Shown in pieces: positions 1 to 12,400 of a stretch of DNA of 55,774 nt. The position numbers were made by a program, and so were the translations under genes. The notes beneath the pieces are model-generated. The model was not told where the DNA came from. It made no database searches and saw only the letters and a list, made by a program, of their open reading frames with translations. This DNA is from Macrostomum lignano (taxonomy: Eukaryota), in NCBI GenBank assembly GCA_002269645.1, contig NIVC01002243.1, positions 1 through 55,774 on the forward strand, given 5' to 3'. How positions within the stretch are numbered: position 1 is the stretch's first letter; every line of letters starts with the position of its first letter.

Positions 1-280
1 ACTAATCCGGCTGATCCTATTAGAGGACAAATCCAGGTGGCGCAGGTTGGGGGCGCGGTCCAGGCCGGCCAGGGCCCTCGATTCGGTTGCAGTGGCAGTT
101 GAGCACGGACAGCCGATCGTGCAGCGGCAGGTCCAGCAACCGGCCGACTCCGCAGTCGATGTAGCTCAACTCTGAGGCTTCCGTCGGGTCCGCTTTGAAG
201 CCGCGAGCGCCGCCGGGGCGCTTGACCACCTCCTGCTGCTGCCGCTTTGACTGCTGGGTCCGCTGAAGCGATGCCAGCAA
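1..280 (-). CDS. LRRCC1: Partial exon of an LRRCC1-like leucine-rich-repeat protein; +1 frameshift at 75-77; continues beyond the window start
   Basis: Frame A reads ELSYIDCGVGRLLDLPLHDRLSVLNCHCNRIE. Removing one G at 75-77 continues it as ALAGLDRAPNLRHLDLSSNRISRIS, i.e. consecutive LRRs whose spacing matches my recollection of the LRRCC1 N-terminus (..AVNLHCNNISKIEAIDHIWNLQHLDLSSNQISRI). Possible acceptor AG at 282-281; true start not located. Confidence 0.6.
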
Positions 281-296
281 CTCAGTTCATATATTG

Positions 297-407
297 CCCT
301 CCCAGTTCCAATCTCAATGACAGGGGAGATGTCCCTCCCAGTTCCAATCTCAATGACAGGGAGATGTCCCTCCCAGTTCCAATCTCAATGACAGGGGAGA
401 TGCCCCT
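297..407. repeat. 35-36-bp tandem repeat, about 3 copies
   Basis: Unit cccagttccaatctcaatgacagg(g)gagatgtccct starts at 301, 337 and 372. Confidence 0.9.
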
Positions 408-2490
408 CCATTCTGCGGCTGACTGTTTTATAGTTCCCTGACATCTTTATTAGTGCACCACACGAAAATAAAATCAGGGTTCCTATGTATTTTAGGATTT
501 TGCAAGATTGTGCAAACAATGCTAACCATACTACTGTCAAGCATATAAGTTGTTGATGACACTAAAAACCTTTTTTGCACAGAAAAGCAACACTAATTGA
601 TAGTCCAGAGAAAAATCAATATGCTTTTGATTTAGTATGCTATTTGTCTTAGTTTTCTTAGTCAAAGCACTTGTCAATATGTGTTTGTTATAATTATATT
701 TAAACTTTTACTTCATTCAACTATTGATATGGTTAGTTTTCTATTAGCTATGTGTTAAAATTTATATCAGTTTGTTTCTCAAACTAAATACATTATAGCC
801 ATATGAAATTAAGAAAAATGGTATAAATGGATGATAGTTAATATGACAAAATCATATGACAAATGTGCTAATGATAAATTTGACCCAAATCTTCATTGTC
901 CAAGACAAATAAGACACAACAAGAAATCCTGAAATTTTTCTTGTCTTTTGAGAAAATTACCTAGTAAAAATTATTTCAATTTATTTAAATCAAAATACTT
1001 AGACAAAATTGTCTTATTTTATATTTTTATTATTTTGGATAATTATAGGGTATCTTTATTACTTATTTTTTTAAACTAGCCACTTTTTCCTAATCCCAAT
1101 TTCTGTTAATGTGCATTTAAACAAATTTGTAACTTTTTTACTATATTCATGTTAGTTTAAAAAAACTTTCTATAAAAGTTCATTACTTTTGTTGAATAGA
1201 TTTTTCAAAAATACAAAATGAATAGCTTTATGTATATTTGGTAATCTTTTACTTTACTAAAGGTTTATTTTTTCTTGAAAATTTGCAATTATAATAGGTA
1301 TAGAATGACATGGCTTGAAAGATTTGTTTTTTGCATAAAATCTCTGATAAATTGTCTAATAGGTAGACTTAGCCAATGCAAGATAGATACACTAGACTTA
1401 GCTCGTATAACTAAAGCAATCAAATAAGTCAATTATCGTAGTCCAGCTACATCTATAGCTCTATCTATTATACTAGTTGATGACTTGCTTGACCTTGTTT
1501 ATGACCTTGATATTACAATATAGCTTCCTATAAAGTTTTTGAAACTTATCAATCCATCTATTGAACCTATTTAGTAATAAATCTAGGAAGAGAGAATGGG
1601 GGGGTGGCTGTGCTCCTTTTTTGCTATGGCTAGACTAGACTTGTATATAAGGAGAAGGTATTTTAATTTTGGACTTCTTTCAGCCCAACCTGAACATTTT
1701 GGCTAGGCCTAACCTGCCCCCATACTTAAGAACCCCTAGATCTTCTGCTACTGAATCCAATATAGTATTCATCATTAAACTAAATGAAATAGCAAATTTT
1801 CAAAATAAAGTACATTTTAACAAGTAAAGATAAAAGATTGCCATAATGCTATATATATTTATATGCTTTAAGGCCTCAAAATGGTTGATTAAAATAAACA
1901 ATTTATGTATTATAATTTATAAATGCCTATAGGGCCTAGGCTATATTTAAATAAGAGATAGGCCTAGGCTAAGTGAAAATGATACGAAATAGGAAAAATC
2001 AATTTTAAATCAAGAAATAAATAATGGCCTTTAAGAAGGTATTCAAATTATATAGTGAAATCTTTATAAAAAAAGAAAAAATCTTATTTATACATAATGT
2101 TGTTTTCAAATAACAATTAATCATAATAAATAGGCATTAACTAATAGTTACATGATAAAATTAAAAATATGGAGTTGAAGCATTTTATTTCAACTTTCAA
2201 GTACATGTTTTTAAATTGATTTAAGAATTAACAACATTGAATCATTATATAGGCTTTTGATACACAGGAAGTGGTTTCAATTTTTTGGCTAGTAGAAAAA
2301 TGCAGCATTTTTGTTTAAATCATATGGAATGCTACTAAATTTTATTAAATTGCCTAAGACTTTAAGAAAATAATATAATTTAGTTTGTAGCTGTAGAATT
2401 AAATTTAATAATACACTAATTAGATACATGCAAAATTAATTAGAAAGGGAAGTAAAATAGGCCTAGTAAAGCACAAAGTCTCCAAAAATA

Positions 2491-2867
2491 GGCTTTTCAC
2501 GAAGATCGGTTCTAGAACCAAAATAATTCTGATTCCAGAACCAGAATCGGTAGGAAAATGAAAAGCTTCGAACCCATTTTATGTTTGTCAGTCTTTACAG
2601 TTTAATTTTGTTTTTCCTTGACTTTGTTTCCTCTTGGATATTACAAAAACGGAATAATTATATAGTATATACCAATAATAAAATTTGACGATTTCAAATA
2701 GATTTCACTGTTAAAGTGTACTTCAGTAAACATGACAACGGATCAAGAAAATTTCTCGATCCAAATTCCAGATCCAGAACATGGTTCTGGAACCGATTCT
2801 GAAAACGGAACAGACAATATGAAGCTTCGAACCGATTCTGGTTCTGAAATCGGTAATATGAAAAGCC
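2491..2867. mobile_element. Non-autonomous MITE-like DNA transposon, TA-flanked
   Basis: ta|ggcttttca ... tgaaaagcc|ta termini; internal repeated/inverted gaaccgattctggttct and gaagcttcgaacc motifs near both ends; no real ORF. Confidence 0.6.
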
Positions 2868-4324
2868 TAAAAGTCAAAAGACAAAGAGCAGCATTGTTAA
2901 AAAATCGTCAGATGGATAGAAGTTGAACATAACCAATTTAGTGAGAGAAGCCTTTCTTTCTTTAACAATATTTTACAATTTACTAGTTTTTTTTTAAACG
3001 AAGACAAACATACGCAGGAAAACGTTTAAATTTGACTGGTTGGTACAGTCCGTACGTTTTTGTTAAACTGTTTATATTTAATTTCCCGCCAGGTTTATTT
3101 TAAGGTCTAATATAAAATATTGAAACGATCTCAGCGACAGGCTACACTCTAATTGTTTTCGGACTATATAGGTTATAGGTTACAGGCCGTTTGTAATTTT
3201 ATCGAATCTTTTACGACTGACAGGGTATTGGCAACTCTTCTCATGATGGTTAAATTTGCATACACTAGTGCAGTTTGACACGATTCAGTTGCCAGGAATA
3301 CGCGCGTGTACGTGATGCGTTACACGTAGTTTAAGTTTTTGAGTAGCTTAGCGGTAAACACGTCTGACTCTCTCGCACCACGATCGTGCGTTCGATACCG
3401 ATAATTTAGCCCTTGTGTGAAAAATGGCTAGGGTTGTCGTGCGATTCACACACAAGAATCCCCAATTGCGCCAATCCCCAAAGCACAGCAGCTAAAAGGG
3501 TGTACATACCTGTGACGTAATTCAGACTGCATGAAAACACCTGTGCAAACCCTTGGGATATATGAGTCATCACGGGGGCACAGGGATCACAACTGGGAGA
3601 AAGTGAGGGTGCGCGCAAACATTAGTGGGGAGGCCCAGGATTTCCCAACGCAATAAATGTCATAGCTGCAGCCTGCAAAATTCAATGTACTCGTGCTTTA
3701 TTAAAAACAAATAAACGAATGCAATTAATAAAATTTTATTTTAAAAAGAGGAACTTTCAGATATGTGTTACGAACGTGGACGTTTATATATTGTGTTACA
3801 CAATTTCTGACTATTAAAAAAGTAACATTTCACATACGGAAGTGGAGCTGCTGATGTTTTTCGAATGTTTGATTCGAAGCATTCTATTTATAAAAGTACG
3901 ATGGACTGTATAAATTAGCGAACTATAAGGAACTAATAAGAACTATTTGATTTGTGACTTCTATCACAGAGACGCCAGCGCTGTAGTATCGGAAAATAAG
4001 TCTAGAAAAGATTTCGCATTTCGTGATCAGCAGAGCAAAATTAAAGGAAGAAATTGCATGGCTTTTCATTTTCTTCATTTGGATTCGACTAATTGTTCTC
4101 ATGCTACAGTGTAGTTCTTACCTGGTGTGCCGCTTTGCTGAAGAGTAGGAGGTGGCATTTTAGGATTAGAGTCAGGGGCGCACTTTAAGCGACATTGTCA
4201 CACAACCGGTGAGAGGCATTACGGCCGATTCCGCAGACTCCCCTGAGCAGGCACACAAGCGCGCGGATCCGTACGCAGTCATACGCACAGGCACTCACAC
4301 AGGAGTGTACAGCGGCCCAAAAAT

Positions 4325-4500
4325 TTATTTATCGTTAGGCATGTACACTTCACGGTGCCTTGGGGTGGCTCTCAAGAGCGTTAATGACACGAGCAGAGCC
4401 AAGCCGAGATTCCAATTCAGCCCTAAATTAATGTGACTGCACTTGGAATCGAGCCTGGGCCGCTGGCACACCAGAGCGCCGCGCTGGACGCACTGGGCTT
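4325..4500 (-). mobile_element. Possible tRNA-derived SINE fragment
   Basis: Minus strand has a tRNA-like head with B-box-like GGCTCGATTCC (plus ggaatcgagcc 4445-4455), then a body ending in gataaataaa. A-box is poor. Confidence 0.4.
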
Positions 4501-4806
4501 ATGGTATCCTTCCCCCTCTGAACTGTTGGACGGGAGCAATCCACCGGTGAACCGGGGATATTTAGAAACCCACACCAGTGAAACGGGAATCCGCAGGGTA
4601 ATCGAGGAAATGGGGCAATGGCCATCTATGGACTGGGGTTAGTCTAGCAACTTTAGACTGCATCAATATTATCCAAATGAAGAAACACGTCAAGCTTGAT
4701 TGCTAAGAGGAAATTCTACTAACCAACTGAGTGAAGTGTAAATGAACAATTGTGACTCGTAGGTCAAAAAATGTAAGACAACCATCGCCACTTTCAAACG
4801 ATCCAA

Positions 4807-5327
4807 TTACGATCGAAAGTCCTCCACGCCCGCCTGGGTCATCAGGTCGGCGACGCTACGCTCGAGTTCGTCAATACGCCGGCCCATTTCGTCGATTCGG
4901 CCGGTGATGCGGTCGCTGGTGTGGCCGAAATTGTCGGTCATGCCCTGCAGCATGGCCTGCAGCTGCAGGTGGCGAGGAGGGTAGCGGATCGGTAAGCATA
5001 TCCCGGACTACAGATATTAAAAAACCATAGACAGTTCGTTAGTAATACTCGTTTAAGCTAATATTAATTTAGTAGCTTGAACGAACAGGCCGATCCACGC
5101 AGAATGTCGCTTTAATTTTCGACAGTGCCCAAAAAAGCAATACGCTAAATACTGTTGGCTTGAATCCGGTTCTAACATGGTGTTCCTTAAAGCTTTGTGT
5201 TTTTGCCTTCTTCTGGTTCGTCAAGACGTCCCCAGACCAACAAGCCCCAGCTTACGTGATTCGTGAGCTCTTGGACATTGTGCGGATCAACAACTCCATA
5301 TGATTTATCCTTGGCGAAGTCGGCCAT
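4807..5327 (-). CDS. HSBP1: Heat shock factor-binding protein 1 (75 aa, 2 coding exons)
   Basis: Exon 5327-5256 (MADFAKDKSYGVVDPHNVQELTNH, donor gtaag) plus exon 4962-4807 (LQAMLQGMTDNFGHTSDRITGRIDEMGRRIDELERSVADLMTQAGVEDFRS*). Typical HSBP1 coiled coil ..GRIDxMxxRIDxLExxxADLMTQAGVE. Missing from the ORF track because it is spliced. Confidence 0.92.
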
Positions 5328-5910
5328 GCTGCAGTAACTGTCTGTTCCAGCTGCTAGTCAAGTCTGGAGAGCTTGAAAAGAAAAATTTTAATTTCTCTGC
5401 CTTCCTTCCTTTATTTCAAAGCCTCTCTCTGCTGCTGCAGGTAAGCTTTTAGGCATGGGGAGAGGCAGTGATAAGAGGGAAGCAAGTCAACGGTAGAGAG
5501 ACGGTTTGCGTTGCCATTGGTTACGACAGGCACAGCTGAGGCAGGGGTAGCGTTCGGGGACAGAGAAATTCAGAAGAGAGAAAAAGAGACGGAGAGACGG
5601 AAGGGTGGAGCAGGGGATGAATCAGCTGCGTGCCTGATGCCCACTGGGCCGTCCCTGCACTCAGCTAGCAGTGCAACTCTCATGCTTCCACTTTGCTCTC
5701 TCCTCCTCTGTCTCCACATGCTTCTCATGTGGCGCCCCGGATCGAGGGCAAACATTGCCAAGTGCAAATATTCGCAAGACTCTCTACGAGAACCAGCTGG
5801 GACAGCGCGACATATGCTAGCTACTTAATGCGTCCAAATTTTATTGAAAAATGCAAACAAAAACTTTAAGTTCAACGCCAATTCTTTGCGCCATTCTTTC
5901 GAACAGTCAA

Positions 5911-6266
5911 ACTGACTGACTGACTGACTGACTGACTGACTGACTGACTGACTGACTGACTGACTGACTGACTGACTGACTGACTGACTGACTGACTGAC
6001 TGACTGACTGACTGACTGACTGACTGACTGACTGACTGACTGACTGACTGACTGACTGACTGACTGACTGACTGACTGACTGACTGACTGACTGACTGAC
6101 TGACTGACTGACTGACTGACTGACTGACTGACTGACTGACTGACTGACTGACTGACTGACTGACTGACTGACTGACTGACTGACTGACTGACTGACTGAC
6201 TGACTGACTGACTGACTGACTGACTGACTGACTGACTGACTGACTGACTAACTGACTGACTGACTG
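5911..6266. repeat. (ACTG)n microsatellite, about 89 units
   Basis: Near-perfect actg run with one acta variant near 6250. Confidence 0.98.
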
Positions 6267-6418
6267 TCATGAGGGCTGTATGGACGCCAAAAAGATTAAA
6301 GAGAGCCGATAGAATAAGTTTTGAATTAATATATTTTGATCAAATTGAAAAACTCCACCAAATGTTAACTTTTCACCGAATTTGTCAGATAATCAGAAAA
6401 GGAGAATCAGTTTCAGAG

Positions 6419-9400
6419 TCATTTGCAGTAGCCGCAAGTCCTGGCGCACAGACTGCGCATTGAGCGGCACATGTTGCTCTTCTTCACGAACAGGCAGTCA
6501 ACAGGGCGGATTTTGTCTTTGCATTCTGGAAGACGTGCGGGATTCGTGGGATTTGCGGAAGGTATTCAGGAAAGATTAAGTTAAGAATGACAGCTAATGA
6601 AAGCTTTGACTTACTCTGAGTTGAGGCGCACTTCTCGCTGGAGGTGTAACGTTTCGGCACGCAAACGTTCGATCCGGGATACGTGACGTAATATATAAAG
6701 CAGCGGATTCGCTTGCCGCACTTGCACTGAGACACGGTGGACCGATCGCGCGGACATTTCGGCGAGCAAGAGAAAACGGCGAGACTTCGGCGAACAATGC
6801 AGTGACCCTTCACACGGATTGTGTACAGTGTGACTACCTGCCGGATCCATTTCTTGCCGTGACGATAGCACTTGCTAATCAGCTTTCTGGTGACTAAGCC
6901 GCAGTTCTTGCAGCTATAAGTCTTAGCATGAGAGCTGATGCGACATCGGCCATTGACAAAGCGGGCGACGATCTTTGTAATTTTGCGTTGGCCATTTTTG
7001 CACGGTCCGATCAACTGGTAAGAGCCGACTTGGCAACGGACGCAGCGCAGGTTTTTGATTCTGACAGAAACGCGCCACAGACGTAGTTTTTTATCGTAGT
7101 AGACCTGAACTCTAATGTCCTTCTGCCAGCCGGACTTGGAGCAGCGGCTGCGCCAGTGGTAGCCTCTCGGTTGACGCTTGCAAACACCGCAAGTGTAATT
7201 GCACAGATGACGTACGAGGTGCCTGGAACACTTCGACTTCTTGCAGAATTCTCGTCTGTCCTCGCATTTGCGACATGGCACTCGCAGTTTGTGCACCCGC
7301 CTTTGGCAGCTACCGCTGCGATTCCGCTTCCACGTAGCCACCGCTGCTGTCCTGTAGCATACGCGCTGCTTGCCTAATTTGATGCAGCTGCACTTGTATT
7401 GCTTCAGGATGCGGCGGAAGGGACATTTAGTAGGACAGATCCGCTCAAACAAAATACAGTCTCGCGTCTTGCGCAACTTCAGCGACGGGAACCGCAGGAG
7501 GAGACCTCTGCGATTGATTCGCAGAAGGAGACACTTTCGCGTTGAATGATCATAGTCGAATGCCCGGCATTTGCTGTTTTTCTGACAGCTGCTCATGCAA
7601 ACGTCGAATGAGGTGCGCTGAGCCAAAATGAACGAGCGTCGGAAGTGCCGCTGCTTGCTGAGGCAGAAATTTTTGGCATAAATGAGCCGCGTTTTGGGGC
7701 AGCCTGTGGGAGAATTGGTTTTGAATTACAGTTGAAAATATCAATATTCGTGTTCTATAAAGCAAAGTTAGTGCTTACCATAGCAACGATGGCAGGTCCT
7801 CGCGCAAAGACGCTTGGCGAAATACGGGTATTTGTCGCACAATTGAATCTTGTTAGAAGCGGCCCACTTTCTGCATATTCCAGTGGGTAGCAGGTCTCTA
7901 CACTTGGACTTGCATTGCACCACGCGTCTGTAGATCTTCGATACGCATTTACATTTTACAGGCTTGTGAATGACAACAATAACTGCTTGAGTCTTGCCTG
8001 TACATTTTGACACCTTTGTGCGCGCCTTCGGACAACGTATAAGTCTGTAGCTTGTAAACTTTCGAAGCTTGCAACTGTTACCACTTACAAAGAAGCGATA
8101 CTCAGTTACCACTAAGCGGTTGTTTCTAAGGCAACTGTAGCGTTTGTATGGCTTCTGACAGGCGCAAAGCTTCAAGAAAGAATTGGAAACGGTTTTGCAG
8201 CTGCAACCGACGCGTCGCTTCCATGTCTGCACGACTCGCGCGTACTTTTTATTTCCCTTAACGATATTACACGGGCCAGTAACACTATGACGCTTGGAGC
8301 TGCACGTCACACGAACTCTTGAGGTGATCTTGCTGCGTGCAATGCACTTATTTCCAGACTTCTGCCAATAATGGTGAATGTAAACCCACGAGCCGGAGCG
8401 GCACTTCTTGGTTGCGTAACCGCGCCTACATCTGCAAAGCTCATAGCGCGACTTTGTGTACTTGATGCAGACACAATTTCTCTTCTTCCAATAGCACTCG
8501 ACCCACTTTCGATAGAATCCATTCTGTCTGGCAGCACATTTGGATTTTTTCGTTCGAGGTGAAGGACAGCGGACTGGTCGGTAAATTTTGCGAGACACGC
8601 GGCGACAACTGCGTTTGTGGAATTCAAGCCAAGAATGGACTTCAACATGCTGCTGCGAACGTTTGTCGCAGTAGCGGTATTTCTGAAGTTGCCGCTTGCA
8701 ACCTGAAATAACATAACACTTAGGGTTTGTAACTGTTTGATTGAGTAGAAAATTAACTACATTGGTAGAAAATTGAACTTACAGCAAGTTTCCTTCCACA
8801 CTTTATAATGACGCTTGCATTTGCAGTTTCGCACAGTGTACCATATGCTTCCCATACTTCTCTTGCAGCTCGAACGATTGCATTTACCCCTGACTATTTT
8901 TCGAGTCTTGCACGTTACGCGAGAAGTGCGGCATCTGCGGTTTTTGGTGCACCCAGTCGGTTTGAGAGTGTAAGTATAGTGGCAGCGCTGCTGGTGATTT
9001 CCCCGAACGCAGGTGTTGACAACGTGCTGCTTAGGACAACGGCAGCGTATGAGCTGGTGTCGGCGGCCAACCTTACAGCGGCACTGTGCAACATGCCGAG
9101 TTACTATCGTGTCTTTCCTCCAGCCATCTTTGCGACACGGTCCTCGGTGAAGCTTGGAGCGTGGCCGACAGGCTGCATGCACTTGAGCGGAAATGTCATA
9201 CCGGCGCACGCTTCGATGACAGGCGTGCTTCTTGAATCGGTATGAGGTGACAACTCGGTACAGTCTGTTTTTGTAACACTTCTTTTCAACGCTGTCTCTG
9301 TGAATGCAGCAGCACAGCTTCCACCAGCTTTTGGATCTGCGCACGCATTTCTTTCTACGCCGATCCAAATAGAATGTGGTGCGTGTATACACTCTCCTGC

Positions 9401-12400
9401 AGTTGTGTTTGTGACAAGCGGAATGCTTAACGACCGGCTTGGCACAAGCTTTCTTGCAGATTCTCTCAAACAGGCGCGTGGCGGAGAAGTGATACCTACA
9501 GAATGTATGAGTTGAAGCATCTTAACATTGAAACAAGTGTCATAAACTTAATTCAAATACAGAAAATTTGCATCAAAAAGAAATGGTTAACCTACTTGCG
9601 GCGAATTCCAAGTTCCATGTAATGCATTTTGATTGGTTTTGAAGCCAGCCACTTGACGTATAGACCGGATTTGGGAATCGGACGGAAGCCAACAACGAAA
9701 ACGCTGGCTTTGCGCTTAATCTTGTCGGCCAGTGCGACTGTCTTGTGCTGCTTGCTATGTTTGCCGCAGGTAATGATTACTACAATCTTTTCTACACCCG
9801 GTCGGGACTTAGCGTGTAGACGCCTATTGACTTCCTTAAGAGCCCCGCACAAATCGGTTCTTGTGTTGGTAAATGCCTTGATAGGTAGATTTTTCAAATG
9901 CTTCAATTTGTGAACGTGTACATTCCAGTTGTAGGAAACCATAGTAATGTGAACACTTGCAGAGGTGTGCAAAAAGTAGGTGGAAACGGTCTTTAGGAAG
10001 CTGACTATTCGTTTCTTGTAGCCACGCCTGTCTTTTCCGTACAGGTCAACTACCAAGAAAAGATCGACAGCTTTGTGGGCACAAGCGCACTTTCGGAATT
10101 CAGAGCGGACACGGCGCACACAACGGCAGCCAATCTTTACCCAGTAGTGCACGATGTACCGTTGTTTTCCTCCTTTGCACCTTCCCTGGATAGCCCTGAG
10201 CACGCGGCGTGTGCAGTTCACACGCCTGAAAGAGTCCTTTGTTTTTGAGTAACAGCGACCATTTCTTAGCGTGTGAGTAATCCGTCTGATTCGTATCGCA
10301 CCGCGAATACAAACTCGGGTCGTTGTTGCCTTGTTGCAACAGCATTTGCTCTTCTTCACTTGCTTCTTCATAATGCACTTACACTTGCGAACGCTGTATT
10401 GCTTGATTATTACTGTGCGATTACAGCGCTTGCAATTTCGTTGTATGGTCGATTTAGGACATGACACACGCTTTCTAGAGACAGTTCTATAGCTGACGCA
10501 ACGACATCCAACCAAACGCCAACAGTTTCGAATGGCCGCAACTTGATTGCCATTTTCGCACCTGTATGACAAAGTGCACCGACGACAATCAGAGTAGCAC
10601 AGCACTCGTTTGGTTTGCCGTATGCATTTGCATCCAGATCGGACAAAGCGCTTGTATACCTTATAGTATTTTGGTTTTCCTGCTGTACTGTGTGACAGCC
10701 GCCAAGTTGTGTCGCATCGAACCGCCTGTGATTGACGCTTAACGTCCCGCACACAGCGACCACGACTTAATCGGTAAGAATAATGGAATGTAACTATATG
10801 TCCCCGGTGGCAGATCTTCTTTTTGTGTGGCTTCAAACAGCGGCAGACAACCGAACGAGTTTGAACTCTTTTATGACAGCGACATGCCTTTTGATACCAG
10901 GAGACGGTCGTCTCAACCAAATAAAATCCGTACTTTGTTGGTTTACTGCAGCAACTACGAGTCATTTTTTTCGGTTTGCAAAGGATCGGTTTATCCACGC
11001 GACGTGTCTGCTTGAGGCATCTACCATTCGATAGTCTCCACACGGTGATGTAGCGCTCCTTACGACAACGGCCACGAGAACACTTGCAAAGAACTCTTTG
11101 CACTGGCTTCTTGCATTCTGTAATGTTAATGTTAGAAAAAACGATGTTCATTCGCCACCTTGCCTGAGCGGAAGAAAAATGAAAATAAAATTTTAAACGG
11201 GACTCACTGTATCTCAAGAACACAGTTTTGCAGCTTTTCACGCACTTGCAATCCTGCCGCTTAACCGAGCAACGGGTAACCTTCAGCACACCGCCAGGAA
11301 GCTTTTGTTTGGAAACCGTATTATGACGCTTGCACTCTGAAAATATCATGAAACATTTTATATTGCATGTCAAATACTTAAGGTAACATTTCCAGTATTA
11401 AGAGCTAAAAACAACAGCACATACTAATTTTCCTGCTGCTCTTAGTAACCTTCTTGATACACTTCCACTGTTTGAGAACTCGCTTGGTGATAGTTGTGAT
11501 GACGTACCCTCGTTTGCGGTCGCATTTAACTGTGCGTCTGTAGCCCTTACAGCAACACACGCGATGCCGATGATAACTCTTCCAAATGCATTTTTCGCCA
11601 CTGAGAACCTGTTTCTTAAAAAGCAGCCTCTGGCGACACGATTTCTTGTTGCACGGTGCAGTCGAAACTAGTTTGCTACCGCGATGACAACCTGAAAGTA
11701 TTTTGTTTGAGTGTGCATTATTACTTAAAAATAAGATACGTTTGACGCCATGATTTGCACGAACTAAGCTAAAAATTAAACGCAATACTTACCACACGAC
11801 GTATGTGTCCGCGTTACTTTTTTAAAGCATCTGCAGTGCTTAACGTATGGCCTCGTCACAAAAACGTTAAGCTGTCCAGACTTCTTGTTGCAAACCTTTT
11901 TCACTTCACCTGACCACAGCTCAAGCGTTGGCGTCGCTTGCCAACGAGAATTCGTCGACAACGACCACGTACCAGTCGTCGTTCAGTGATTTTCGTGACC
12001 TTTATATGCCAGCCAGACAGCTGTTCTTAACTTGACGACGCTTGTCACAGCCGCAGAGTTGATGAGTAACTTTGCGAACGCTTCGGCATTTGCAGTTCCG
12101 GACTGTCCATTGAATGTGCGTCAGCTTGCGGTACTTGTCTCCATTACGTCCTCTCCTGCACGGACCACGAGTTTTAGTAGACTTCTTACAGCGCACAGCT
12201 TTGCGGGAAACTTTGCTATCTTTATAGCACGCACAGTTACGAAGCTTAGATGCTGTTTTCACTGTGACCAAAATGCGACCATTTTTACAGAAGCGTCGAT
12301 CAGGTATCTTTCGGCAGTGACAGCGGCAGCTGCGTCGGGTCACACGCTTACGACAGAGGCAGTTATTGAGGCTGATTTCGGTCGTTTCAATGTGCTTGAC

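Noticed and set aside
477-1740. hAT-like end motifs cagggttcct (about 477) and aagaacccctag (about 1728)
   Set aside because: They do not form a convincing TIR pair and no 8-bp TSD was found.
5872-6270. 132-aa (VSQS)n ORF
   Set aside because: Translation of the ACTG microsatellite.
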